A DNA stretch of 64,000 nucleotides, taken from the NCBI GenBank assembly GCA_963700285.1, contig CAVOXA010000001.1:256001-320000 (forward strand), written 5' to 3'. Position numbers and translations under genes: made by a program. The notes beneath the pieces were generated by a model that searched no databases, was not told where the DNA came from, and was given only the letters and a program-made list of their open reading frames with translations. This document shows positions 40,533 to 49,853 of this stretch, in pieces. The DNA is from an uncultured Chloroflexia bacterium (GTDB lineage Bacteria > Chloroflexota > Anaerolineae > JAAYZQ01). Position 1 is the stretch's first letter, and each line of letters begins with the position of its first letter.

Positions 40533-41496
40533 TCAGCTCACGCCGATGGCAGTTGTCCCTTGCCGCTTTTCCCGTGTCCGCCAGCGGTACCACGATAGCA
40601 GCAGCACGCCGGCAACGACCAGCACCGCGCCCAGGATCTGGCTCGGCGTAAGCCGCTCGTCGAGCAGAACGTAGGCATAGACGGCCACGAAGGCGATCTC
40701 GCTCATGGCCAGGATGGAGGCCACGCTGGCCGGCAGCCGCCCCAGGGCAAAGGTGTAGAGGGAAAAGGGTACGATGGTCGACAGGCCGATGAGCGCCGCG
40801 AACCAGAGCAGGGAGGTGGTCCCCACCGGGAAGGGCTGGGGGGTGAAGAACTGGAGGGGAAACAGGATCAGGGCGCCAAATCCAAAAGTGTAGGTCAGGC
40901 TCGTCATGGGGTTGTAGGACTGGCGTACCTTTTTGCCAAAGAGGTTCCAAGTGGCGTACAGGGTCGGCGTGCCAAAGCCCACCAGCAGCCCAACCAGGGA
41001 AAGCTCGGACTGGCCCAGGACGTCCACGCCGGAGACAAGTACCGTGCCGGCGAAGGTCAGCACGATGGCCACGATCTTGCTCCAGCTCAGCGACTCGTGC
41101 CACAGGAGCCAGGCAGCCACGGTGACGATGGCGGGCATGGCTGCCTGCTGCACCGTGGCGATTGCCACCCCGTTGAGGAATACGTTCAGGTTCCAGAAGA
41201 CGTGAAAGATGCCCAGGCTGGCCCCCATGCCCACCAGCCAGGGCAGGTCGGAGCGCTGCACCCGCAGCCAGTCCCGGCGAAAGAGCACGAGGGCGAGGAA
41301 CAGGATGGCAAAGGTGGTGATGTCGCGCCAGAAGGCCAGCGACAATGGCCGAGACGCCGGTGTCGAGCGTGATGAGCTTGACAAAGATGCCCGAGGTGCC
41401 CCAGCAGGCAGCGGCGACGACGACGAGCAGGGAGCCGGTCAGATCTGAGCGAGCAGGTGCCGCCGCTTCCCGGGCTTGGGCTGTGGCGTCGGTCAT
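40533..41496 (-). CDS. EamA/DMT family transporter (indel ~41345)
   Basis: AAACWGTSGIFVK, ~10 TM, ASVASILAMSE, QILGAVLVVAG. Confidence 0.87.
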
Positions 41497-43139
41497 GCAC
41501 ACGTGCTTTCCGGCAGTTCCATCGATTCGATGTAGCGCATGTTAAAGTCGGCGTCCAGGTCCAGGTCGACCTGCTCCGCCTGGGCGGCGATCCGCTCGCC
41601 GCGGGCGAATTGGTCGTCGTCGAGGAAAAGCGCCGCGCCAAAGCCAGCCCCGTTGGCGGATGGTTCGACGACGCCGATGTCGACGGGCGGGATCATACCC
41701 AGGCCGACGACCGCCTGTACGTTTAGGGCGCTGCCGAAAGAGCCGGTGAGGATCATGCGCTGCAAGTCCTTGGGCTCCAGCCCCAACTGGGTCATAAGGA
41801 TCTCGGTGGCGGCGCGGATGGCGCCCTTGGCCTTTTGCAGCTCGCGGACGTCGTGCTGGGTCAGGTACAGGGAGACCTGCTCCGCGTCCTCCCACGACTC
41901 GGCCCCGCGCAGATCCACGCCCTCATCGGTGATCAAGATGCGCCGGACACCCTGGTGATCGACGCTTATCCGATGGCCAAAGACAGGATGGTCCTTGGCC
42001 ATGCGTCCTGAGCGATCGACCAGGCCAACCCGGCGCATCTCGCAGATCATGTCCAGCAAGCCTGAGCCGGTCAGGCCCACCGGCGGGCGGTCGCCGATGG
42101 TGGTCAGGGTGAAGCTGCCCTCCTCGTCGTTGGCACGGACGTTGATGATCGCCCCGTCGACGGCCCGGGTGCCACAGGAGATGTTCACGCCCTCGAAAGC
42201 TGGGCCAGCGGCGGTGGAGGCAACCAAGATGCGGCCCGATCTCCCGGGGCCGTGGCCATCGGTGACCATGACCTCGCCGTTGGTGCCCAGGTCGATGGCG
42301 GCGATGGGACCGGGGGCGCGGTCAAAGTCATAGTAGGTCAGGCAGGCCAGGGCGTCGGAGCCAACAAAACCGCCGATGAGAGGGGGCAGGGCGATCTTGG
42401 CCCCGGCGGGGAAGGTGTCGCCGAACAGCCCATTGGATTGGTGTACCGCGGCTGTACTGTACGGCTGGAAGGGGATGCCAGACAGGGATTCAACCGGGAG
42501 GCAAAGCAGCAGGTGGTGCATGGTACAGTTGCCCACGATGGTCACCCGCTCAATGCGCTCCTTGATGCTGCGCGAGAGCTTGAGGGCGTCCGTGGCCTGG
42601 ACGATGGAGGACAGGGCCAGCATGGAGAGCCGCTGGGCGGTCTCGGGTCCCTGCAGGGCGGCCGCCATGCGCGAGATCACGTCGGCGCCAAAGGCAGTTT
42701 GCTGGTTGAGGGCGGCCGCGCCGGCGCAGACGCGCCCCGTGTCCAGCGTGGTCACAAAGGCGGCCACTGTGGTGCTGCCCAGGTCGATGGCCAGGCCCAG
42801 GGGCACCCCCTTACGCCGGTGGTCGTCGCAGGCGCGGAACATCTTGTTGGAATAGACGACGATGGGGGCCAGGGTGACGGTGACGTCGCCCTCTACCCGG
42901 GCGCGACAGGCGAGACGGTAGTCGGCTGCCTGCTCTGCTTCGGTGAGCCCCTCCAGTTCCCTGTTGTCCAGGGGACTCAGGGCGCCCTGGGCGATGACCT
43001 TGCATTTTTGGCAGGTTCCCCGGCCGGCACAGGGCTGCTCCAGGGGCAGGCCTGCGGTGATGACCGCTGCGCCCAGCAGGGAATCTTTTTCTACGGTGAC
43101 CGACCGCGTGTCGGTTCCATAACTGACGGTGACTTTCAC
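41493..43139 (-). CDS. ATP-dependent reductive activator of corrinoid proteins (RamA/RACE, 2Fe-2S + ASKHA)
   Basis: CAGRGTCQKC..RLAC 2Fe-2S; AIDLGSTT, FGADVISR, GGFVGSD, IDLGTNGE, AAGPAFEG, DVRELQKAKGAI. Confidence 0.92.
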   Translation of the reverse strand: MKVTVSYGTDTRSVTVEKDSLLGAAVITAGLPLEQPCAGRGTCQKCKVIAQGALSPLDNRELEGLTEAEQAADYRLACRARVEGDVTVTLAPIVVYSNKMFRACDDHRRKGVPLGLAIDLGSTTVAAFVTTLDTGRVCAGAAALNQQTAFGADVISRMAAALQGPETAQRLSMLALSSIVQATDALKLSRSIKERIERVTIVGNCTMHHLLLCLPVESLSGIPFQPYSTAAVHQSNGLFGDTFPAGAKIALPPLIGGFVGSDALACLTYYDFDRAPGPIAAIDLGTNGEVMVTDGHGPGRSGRILVASTAAGPAFEGVNISCGTRAVDGAIINVRANDEEGSFTLTTIGDRPPVGLTGSGLLDMICEMRRVGLVDRSGRMAKDHPVFGHRISVDHQGVRRILITDEGVDLRGAESWEDAEQVSLYLTQHDVRELQKAKGAIRAATEILMTQLGLEPKDLQRMILTGSFGSALNVQAVVGLGMIPPVDIGVVEPSANGAGFGAALFLDDDQFARGERIAAQAEQVDLDLDADFNMRYIESMELPESTCA

Positions 43140-43159
43140 GAGACTTTCCCTCTCTCCAG

Positions 43160-43928
43160 TTATTGTACGGCTGACTCAAAGGAACAGGGGCCGATGGTGC
43201 ATTTTCCGCAGACCTGGGCCAAGCCGACCTGTCTGTACTCATTCGCTACGCTGAGGCACCGCTGCCAGCAGCTTTGCTTGTCCAGCGGTTCGTCGGGGTC
43301 GATGGCGCTGGCCGGGCAGCGCATGGCGCATTCCAGGCAGCTGCCATCGTGGTAGAACAGCGCATCGTTCCCGGACTTGCAGTTGGCTGGCGGGCAGCTC
43401 GGCGTCCAGGACGAGGCTGCCAAAGCGGCCCGCGCAGCCGGCATCTGTGATGACCATCTGGTGCAGGCCAAAGCTGCCCAGGCCGGCGATGACGGCCACG
43501 CTCTTGTGCGCCCAGCGGCTGACCAGGGTTTCGCGATCAAAGTTGTGGGTGGCAGGCTCGGCCGCGGCCTGAATGCCGTGCTCTGCCAGGTCCTCGATGA
43601 GTTGGGCGGAGATTTGCCCGATGAGTTCATTGGTTTCGACATAGGCCACGGCCCACTCACGGGCAACCTGCTCTCTGTGCTGGGCGTTGGCCTTGATAAC
43701 CCAGGGGGCAAAAGGCAGAAAGAATGATATCACGGAGTGGGCATCCGGGACCAGATCGTGGGGCAGCATGTGGCTGGGGTGGACGACCTCCCGCAATTGG
43801 AGAAACCGTGGATCATCTGCGCTGGCGAATGCGACCAGTGGCTGGCGGTATTCGGTGACCGTGCGGGCCCCGGCCACTGTGCTGTGAACCGTGGCCGTGA
43901 TCAACGCGGCCAACTCATTCGGATCCAT
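43160..43928 (-). CDS. QueG/epoxyqueuosine-reductase-like Fe-S protein (indel ~43360)
   Basis: FASADDPRF, SFFLPF, WAHKSVAVIAGLGSFG, GRFGS, CLECAMRCP, CW..C, VCGKCTIGPC. Confidence 0.82.
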
Positions 43929-44605
43929 TACGACTCCTCGGCCAGTATCTTGCGTACCTGATCATAGAACTCCTGGACATGGCTGCGCATGATCTTTTCC
44001 GCCTGACCGGCGTCCTGCGCCCTAATGGCGTCCACCAGCTCCAAGTGTGTCCCCACGGCGGAGGGGAGGAAGGCCAGTTGTGGCAGAGCAAGATACCACA
44101 ATCTCTGCGAAAGTCCAAATAGGCGCTCCAGGCCGTCGGCCAGGTACTTGTTGTGGGCCGCCTGGGCTACGGCCTGATGGAACCTGTGGTCGACGTCAAA
44201 GAGCTGGCGGCTGGAGTCAGCCGTGCTGGCGGCAGCGCGGCCGCTGTCCACCGGTGTCTGGGCCTGTTCCAGGCGCAGGGCCTCCAGGACCACGATGTCG
44301 TCCTCGGTGGCCCGCTGGGCGGCCAGCCTGGCGCTGAGCGATTCCAGCGCCAGGCGCATCTCGCTGAGCTGTTCCAGATCGGGCACGTTGACGTCGGCGA
44401 CATAGAGGCCGTGGCGGGGGGTAATGACGACCAGGTTATCGTGGACCAGCAGCTTGAGCGCTTCCCGCACGGGGACGAGGCCCATGTCCAGCTCGCCGGC
44501 CAGGTGTTGCTCGTTGATGACCGAGCCCGGCTCCAGTTGCAGCGAGATGATCAGCTCGCGGATCAGCTCGTAGGTGCGTTTGGTGTCAACTCGCTCTAAT
44601 TCCAT
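43928..44605 (-). CDS. GntR family (FCD) regulator
   Basis: YELIRELII..LEPG..PVREAL; FDVDHRFH..AHNKYL..H. Confidence 0.92.
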   Translation of the reverse strand: MELERVDTKRTYELIRELIISLQLEPGSVINEQHLAGELDMGLVPVREALKLLVHDNLVVITPRHGLYVADVNVPDLEQLSEMRLALESLSARLAAQRATEDDIVVLEALRLEQAQTPVDSGRAAASTADSSRQLFDVDHRFHQAVAQAAHNKYLADGLERLFGLSQRLWYLALPQLAFLPSAVGTHLELVDAIRAQDAGQAEKIMRSHVQEFYDQVRKILAEES

Positions 44606-44617
44606 GGGCTTCCTCCA

Positions 44618-46648
44618 CTATCTGGCAAGGCGCGGGTTGCCGACAGCCCTGGCCCGGATGCGGTAGGTATCGAGACCGTCGGACAGCTCTTCGATGGTCA
44701 CCTCCGGATTGTCGGCGCCGGAGCGGATGGCAGCGCCCAGTGCCCGTTCCTGGCTGAGGGTCCGGGCGTGGTTCAGGGCATGGGCCAGTTCCTCGAACTC
44801 GCGCCGCTCGTCGCTTGTCTGCACGAAATATCCAAATAGCTCCAGGCCCGACGCGGACAGCTTGGGGTAGATGAGGATCTCCTCCTCGACCATCACGCTG
44901 CCGGCGATGGCGCCCACGGCGTTGGCCACCTGGTGATATTCGGGCAGGACCAGCTCGGTGTGCAGGGCCTGGGCGACGGCGGGCAGAAAGATACCGGCTG
45001 GCGCGCCGATGCCGATGATGGGCTGGCGTAGGTGGATGCTGGTTTGCAGGTGGGGGTGGGACTGGTAAAGGCTGTTGTAGAAGAACCACTGGCCTATGTC
45101 GCCGCCAGCTCTGGCCATGGCCCGCTCCCGGCCAGAAAGATGCAGTGGCCTCTGGCTGAGGAAGGTGAGGATGGCGTGCAGGATCATCTCGCTGGCCAGG
45201 GCCCATACCTGCCCGCGCAGTTCGTTCGGGTCGCGAAACCGAAACTGGCAGAATACTTTCCAGGCCAGCTCCGATGCCGAGGACGATCCGCCGTGGCTCG
45301 TATCCCAGGCGTCATAGCGGCCTTCGATGTGCATCAGGTCGGTGGACGTGAGGCCCGCCTTGCCAATAATCTCCTGGCGGATCAGTTCTGAGACGCCTAC
45401 CTGGGCGACGTGCAGCAGGTTGAGGCGCTTTAGGATCTCTGGCACCGGCTTGGGGCTGTCCCGCAGGAGGTCGACCAGATCCCTTTCCCGGGAGGTGCCG
45501 AGCAGGCTCTCGTGGGGCTCGCGCTGCAAGAACCAATATTCGAGCCAGTCGGGCGTGGCTTGGGCCCAGGGGCGCAGGGATAGGGCCTTGAGCTGCTCGC
45601 CGACAGGGGGATGCTTCCAGGCCAGGTAGGCCAGTGGCGTGACCCGCTCGGGGCCAAGCAGTAGCTCTTTGTCGTGGCCGGTAGTGATGTGGCTGTCCCC
45701 TCCCAGGGCAATAGACAGGAGATTCGCGGCCTTGACCGAGGTCTTGTAGTTGCCGACGGTTGCTCCCGCCTCGCTGACAGTTACCTGGCCGCCTTCGATG
45801 AGGGCAATATCCGTGGTGGTGCCCCCCACGTCGATGATGAGGGCATCGTCCATGTGGGAGAGGAAACGACCTCCGATGGCGCTGGCAGCCGGTCCGGAGT
45901 GGATGGTCTCTACTGGCGTCCGGGCCGCGAACTCGTCGCTCATCAGGGTGCCGTCGCCCCGGACGACCATGAGCGGCGCATCGATCTGCCTGCGCTCCAT
46001 GGCCCGCCGTACGGCAATGACAAAGTCCTGGAGGACGGCCAGCAGGGAGGCGTTGAGGGCCGCGGTGGTCGCCCGTTCCACCGAGCCCAACCTGGTGGAA
46101 AGTTGGTGTCCCAGCACGACGGGCAGGTCGCAGACGCTGGAGATGGCCCTGTAGGTCCGGTTCTCGTGTTCGGGGTTGAGCGGGCTAAAATAGCTGGAGA
46201 CGGCGATGGCGTCCACCTGGCCTTTGATCTGGTTCACCTTAGCCAGGATGGCTGGTAGGTCCAGGGCCGCCTTTTCGCGGCCGTAGAGGTCGTGTCCGCC
46301 AGCAAAAAAGTAATAGTTGGGGGTCGCGAGGCGGCCTTCCAGTCTAAACTTGCTGATGAGTTCGGGATCATAGCCGATGAGCAGCAGGGCGACGCGCTTG
46401 CCTTTACCCTCGGCGATGGCGTTGGTGGCCAGGGTCGTGGAGATAGAAACCATCTTGATGGCTGATGGGTCCTCGATCTGGATGCCGCCTATGACGTTTT
46501 CGATGGCGATGGAGAAATCGCGCTTGGTGGTTAGGCTCTTTTGCGAAGCCAATACCCGCCGGGAGTGATATTCTAGCAGGACACAGTCGGTGTAGGTACC
46601 GCCGGTGTCTATGCCCAGTACCAGGCTCGATTCGAGGCTTGTATCCAA
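44618..46648 (-). CDS. Hydantoinase/oxoprolinase A-family (ASKHA) protein
   Basis: GIDTGGTYTD, STTLATNA, SGPAAS, DVGGTTTDI, LGGDS, VANAVGA. Confidence 0.9.
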   Translation of the reverse strand: MDTSLESSLVLGIDTGGTYTDCVLLEYHSRRVLASQKSLTTKRDFSIAIENVIGGIQIEDPSAIKMVSISTTLATNAIAEGKGKRVALLLIGYDPELISKFRLEGRLATPNYYFFAGGHDLYGREKAALDLPAILAKVNQIKGQVDAIAVSSYFSPLNPEHENRTYRAISSVCDLPVVLGHQLSTRLGSVERATTAALNASLLAVLQDFVIAVRRAMERRQIDAPLMVVRGDGTLMSDEFAARTPVETIHSGPAASAIGGRFLSHMDDALIIDVGGTTTDIALIEGGQVTVSEAGATVGNYKTSVKAANLLSIALGGDSHITTGHDKELLLGPERVTPLAYLAWKHPPVGEQLKALSLRPWAQATPDWLEYWFLQREPHESLLGTSRERDLVDLLRDSPKPVPEILKRLNLLHVAQVGVSELIRQEIIGKAGLTSTDLMHIEGRYDAWDTSHGGSSSASELAWKVFCQFRFRDPNELRGQVWALASEMILHAILTFLSQRPLHLSGRERAMARAGGDIGQWFFYNSLYQSHPHLQTSIHLRQPIIGIGAPAGIFLPAVAQALHTELVLPEYHQVANAVGAIAGSVMVEEEILIYPKLSASGLELFGYFVQTSDERREFEELAHALNHARTLSQERALGAAIRSGADNPEVTIEELSDGLDTYRIRARAVGNPRLAR

Positions 46649-46722
46649 GAGACTACCTCGGACTTTATCGTTGGTTCGGTTTGGCAGGATGGACCTGGCT
46701 CGGGGTTGGTCCGCGCGGCAAT

Positions 46723-46762
46723 GGTCTCCTGGCTGGGTTGCTTACCTCCCAGCCAGGAGACC
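46723..46762. other. Perfect 15-bp intergenic hairpin
   Basis: GGTCTCCTGGCTGGG / CCCAGCCAGGAGACC; no U tract. Confidence 0.6.
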
Positions 46763-46804
46763 TTGCCCCAAGGATGAGCCGGCCGGGCTCAGCCGGAGCC
46801 TGAC

Positions 46805-48307
46805 CTAGCCAAAGATGTCAAAGTCCAGCTCTTCGTCTTTGTGGCGCGCATCGGCCAGCTCGCAGACGCGGCGCAGCTCTTTGTACATGGCCTCGTCCAT
46901 GAGCGGCGCTGTCTCGGTCTCGAGGATCTCGATGACGCGCTCGTGGACGCGCTGGCGATGAGTTTTGCTGCCGGTGGCAGTCCAGTTCTCCCAGTTCTGG
47001 CGGTCGATGAGCTTGGGGCGCCAGATCTCGGTCTTGAAGCGGTCGTAGGTGTGGTCGTGCTCGAGATAGTGACCGCCGGGGCCGACCTGGTCCATGACGT
47101 CTAGTGCCCGGCTGGCATCGGTGACCGGGATGCCGCGCAGGATGCGCTTGACCATGTCGATGATCTCGTCGGAGGCGACCATCATCTCCATGGAGCTGGT
47201 GAGGCCCTGCTCCAGGTAGCCGATGTCGTGGATCATGTTGCCTCCGATGAGGGCGGCGGTGGCGATGTTGATGGTGCCCTCCATCGCCGCCTGTTCATCG
47301 AACATCTTGGCGTCGGAGCAACCGGCCGTCTCGTACTCGGGGACGCCCAGCCACTTGGTGATGTCGGTGTAGGCCGCACTGAGGAGGGCCATCTCGGGCG
47401 AGCCGTAGCAGTAGACCGTGGTCAGCATGTCCATATTGGACATCAGGCCGCCGATGATGAGCGGCGCGCCGGGCTTGCGGATCTGGCTGAGTACGATGCC
47501 AAAGAGGCTTTCAGTGAGGGCCTGCACGGCGGTACCGGCCAGGGTGCAGGGCGCAGTGGCGCCTGCCAGGGGACATGGGGTGTAGACGAAGGGGATCTCG
47601 TTGTCGGTGGCAAAGAGCAGTTTTTGCACCACCTCTTCGGAGTGGCTCAAGGGCGACACCGGTTCGATGTACAGCGTGAATGCAGGACCTTTCCGCCACT
47701 CGTCCTTGCCGCCGACGCGGATGTGGGCCATCTCGAGCTGGTCCTTCAGACCATCGATGTCGACGGCGGTGATGTTGATGGGCTTGTTGGTGCCTTCGAG
47801 CATGGCCAGGTACTGCCAGCGGTCGTAGGTGCCCACCTGCACGTCCTGGACAATGCCCAAAGACATGTGAAAGTCGATGTTGGGCAGGGCCTGGGCAAGT
47901 CGGGCAAAGTTCTTGACGTCGTTGTACGTGGCCCGCCGCCGCTCGCCGGTGTAAGGGTCGATGGTGAAGGGTGTATCGGAGCCAGCGCCAAAGTAGATCG
48001 AGTTCTTGTAGAGTTCCATCTTGTGCTTGCGGTCGGGGCCGACAGCGACTACCTTGCGAGGTAAGGTGGCCAGCGCTTTGTCTACCAGCCAGGGCGGGAT
48101 CTTGACCAGACTGCTGTCCTCGGTGGTATCTTGGACGATGGCGCCGCCCTCATAGGCGACCTGGACCCCTTCCTTGTCGTACACACGAACGCCCGTCTCG
48201 TAGAGCACCGTCAGGGCCGAGAAGTAGATGGCCTCAATCTCGTCTTCGGTGAGTACCTGAAATCTGGGCGTGGCGTTTACTGCATAGTTGGTCTTTTTTA
48301 CCTGCAT
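46805..48307 (-). CDS. Non-pyrrolysine trimethylamine methyltransferase (MttB) family protein 1
   Basis: EPVSPL, GATAPCTLAG, KPGAPLIIGG, GSPE, TAGCSDAKMFDEQA, HDIGYLE, VGPGGHYL; no in-frame TAG. Confidence 0.92.
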   Translation of the reverse strand: MQVKKTNYAVNATPRFQVLTEDEIEAIYFSALTVLYETGVRVYDKEGVQVAYEGGAIVQDTTEDSSLVKIPPWLVDKALATLPRKVVAVGPDRKHKMELYKNSIYFGAGSDTPFTIDPYTGERRRATYNDVKNFARLAQALPNIDFHMSLGIVQDVQVGTYDRWQYLAMLEGTNKPINITAVDIDGLKDQLEMAHIRVGGKDEWRKGPAFTLYIEPVSPLSHSEEVVQKLLFATDNEIPFVYTPCPLAGATAPCTLAGTAVQALTESLFGIVLSQIRKPGAPLIIGGLMSNMDMLTTVYCYGSPEMALLSAAYTDITKWLGVPEYETAGCSDAKMFDEQAAMEGTINIATAALIGGNMIHDIGYLEQGLTSSMEMMVASDEIIDMVKRILRGIPVTDASRALDVMDQVGPGGHYLEHDHTYDRFKTEIWRPKLIDRQNWENWTATGSKTHRQRVHERVIEILETETAPLMDEAMYKELRRVCELADARHKDEELDFDIFG

Positions 48308-48404
48308 GTTTGTATTCTCCTCTAGGGTAAAGTCCGAGATCTTGGATTGGGGGCATGATTGATCTATACCCCCTCAGCCTTGACCTTGGTCTTACTCCTC
48401 AACC

Positions 48405-49184
48405 TCAGCGTATGAATTGCTCCTGGCGGATCTCGCCCCCAGGTGAGATGACCAAAAAGTCCGTCGTTGGTCCCAGCGGACCATCGGCACCAGGTTGGAG
48501 CAGAGCCATCGTGCCTCCCTCGGCTGCGCGCAGGATAAGTTCTACCATCTGCCGGACGTATTTGTCGGAGCCGAGGATTTCCTCATAGCGCATGCCCCAT
48601 CGCTCGCAGAAGCGGGCTACCTCCTGCGCCTGCGAGCGGTAGGCCTCAATGTCGGCTTGGTTGTGGGCGACCAATACCAACCGCTCGTAGTGCTGGTACT
48701 GTTGGTCCATGAGCCACATGGCCTCCTCGGAGCCGTACTTGGGCACATACTCTTTGTATTCTTTGAGAGGGTGGCTGCCTGATTCGAGCCAGCCCTTGCT
48801 CAGGTAGTAGGTACCGGGCACGGCCTGGAACTCGCGCATGTACGCCTGGTAGGAACCAAGCAGCAGGGCGATGCAATCGTCCGAGCGGGGCACCAACAGC
48901 GTGTGTTTGCCGGCGCGAATGCCTCGCAGGCCGTTGCCACACAGACCGTAGCCCAATACGACCAGGGCGGGCTCCTCGATGGCGTCAATGGTCTCCTGCA
49001 GCGTGCCCGTCATCTTGTTGGGCACCCTGTGCAGGCCATAGTCCATGAACACAATATCTTGGGTCAGATCTTGCGGCAGTAGATGGGTCAGCAGGTCCTG
49101 CAATACCTGGCAGGCGATGATGACCACGCGATTGGGGACATGCTTGTCGCCCCTCGATGCCGATGTTGTCACCTGGGCCTCCAT
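48405..49184 (-). CDS. DUF1638 family protein
   Basis: IIACQVL, GLHRVP, LGYGLCGNG, PRSDDCIALLLGS, GTYYLSKGW. Confidence 0.85.
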   Translation of the reverse strand: MEAQVTTSASRGDKHVPNRVVIIACQVLQDLLTHLLPQDLTQDIVFMDYGLHRVPNKMTGTLQETIDAIEEPALVVLGYGLCGNGLRGIRAGKHTLLVPRSDDCIALLLGSYQAYMREFQAVPGTYYLSKGWLESGSHPLKEYKEYVPKYGSEEAMWLMDQQYQHYERLVLVAHNQADIEAYRSQAQEVARFCERWGMRYEEILGSDKYVRQMVELILRAAEGGTMALLQPGADGPLGPTTDFLVISPGGEIRQEQFIR

Positions 49185-49201
49185 GCGGCGAAGCTGTGGC
49201 G

Positions 49202-49846
49202 CTACGCTTCGCCGACGAACCTTTGGGCCAGATCGACGCCGGCCGGGGCATTGGAGCCATAGCCGTCGGCGCCGATACGCTCGGCAAAGGCGGCGTCCAC
49301 CGGCGCGCCACCGACCATGATCTTGACCTGGTCGCGCAGGCCCGCTTCTTCGATGGCCTTGATGGTGTGGGCCATGGCCCGCATGGTCGTGGTCAGCATG
49401 GCCGACATGCCCACCACGTTGGGCTGGTGCTCCTTGATGCCTTCGACGAACTTTTCCGGGTCGGCGTTGAAGCCAATATCCACTATCTCAAAACCGGCTC
49501 CCTCGCACATCATGTTCACCAGGTTCTTGCCGATGTCGTGCAAGTCGCCCTTGACGGTGCCCATCAAGACCTTGCCGATGAGCTGAACGCCGGCGGCTAT
49601 CAGCTCCGGGCGCAGCACCTCCAGGCCAGCTTGCATCGCGTCGGCGGACATGAGGACCTCGGGTACAAACATGTCACCGGCCCTGAAGCGGACGCCGACT
49701 TCACCCATACCAATCACCATGCCGTTGTCCAGGATCTCTTTGGCGCTCAGGCCCTGTTGCAGGCCCCGTTCCGCCAATTTGGCTGTCGCTTCCGGATCGC
49801 CTTCCATGATGGCTGTAGCAATTCGCTCATATATCCTGCTCATCAT
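49202..49846 (-). CDS. Corrinoid (B12-binding) protein 1
   Basis: FVPEVLMSA, GTVKGDLHDIGKNLV, GMSAMLTTT, MVGGAPV. Confidence 0.95.
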   Translation of the reverse strand: MMSRIYERIATAIMEGDPEATAKLAERGLQQGLSAKEILDNGMVIGMGEVGVRFRAGDMFVPEVLMSADAMQAGLEVLRPELIAAGVQLIGKVLMGTVKGDLHDIGKNLVNMMCEGAGFEIVDIGFNADPEKFVEGIKEHQPNVVGMSAMLTTTMRAMAHTIKAIEEAGLRDQVKIMVGGAPVDAAFAERIGADGYGSNAPAGVDLAQRFVGEA

Positions 49847-49853
49847 TCGTCTC

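Noticed and set aside
43160-43928. Assignment as bona fide queG or a reductive dehalogenase
   Set aside because: Short and without a Tat signal or RdhB partner; the context is corrinoid methyltransfer, so no gene symbol was given.
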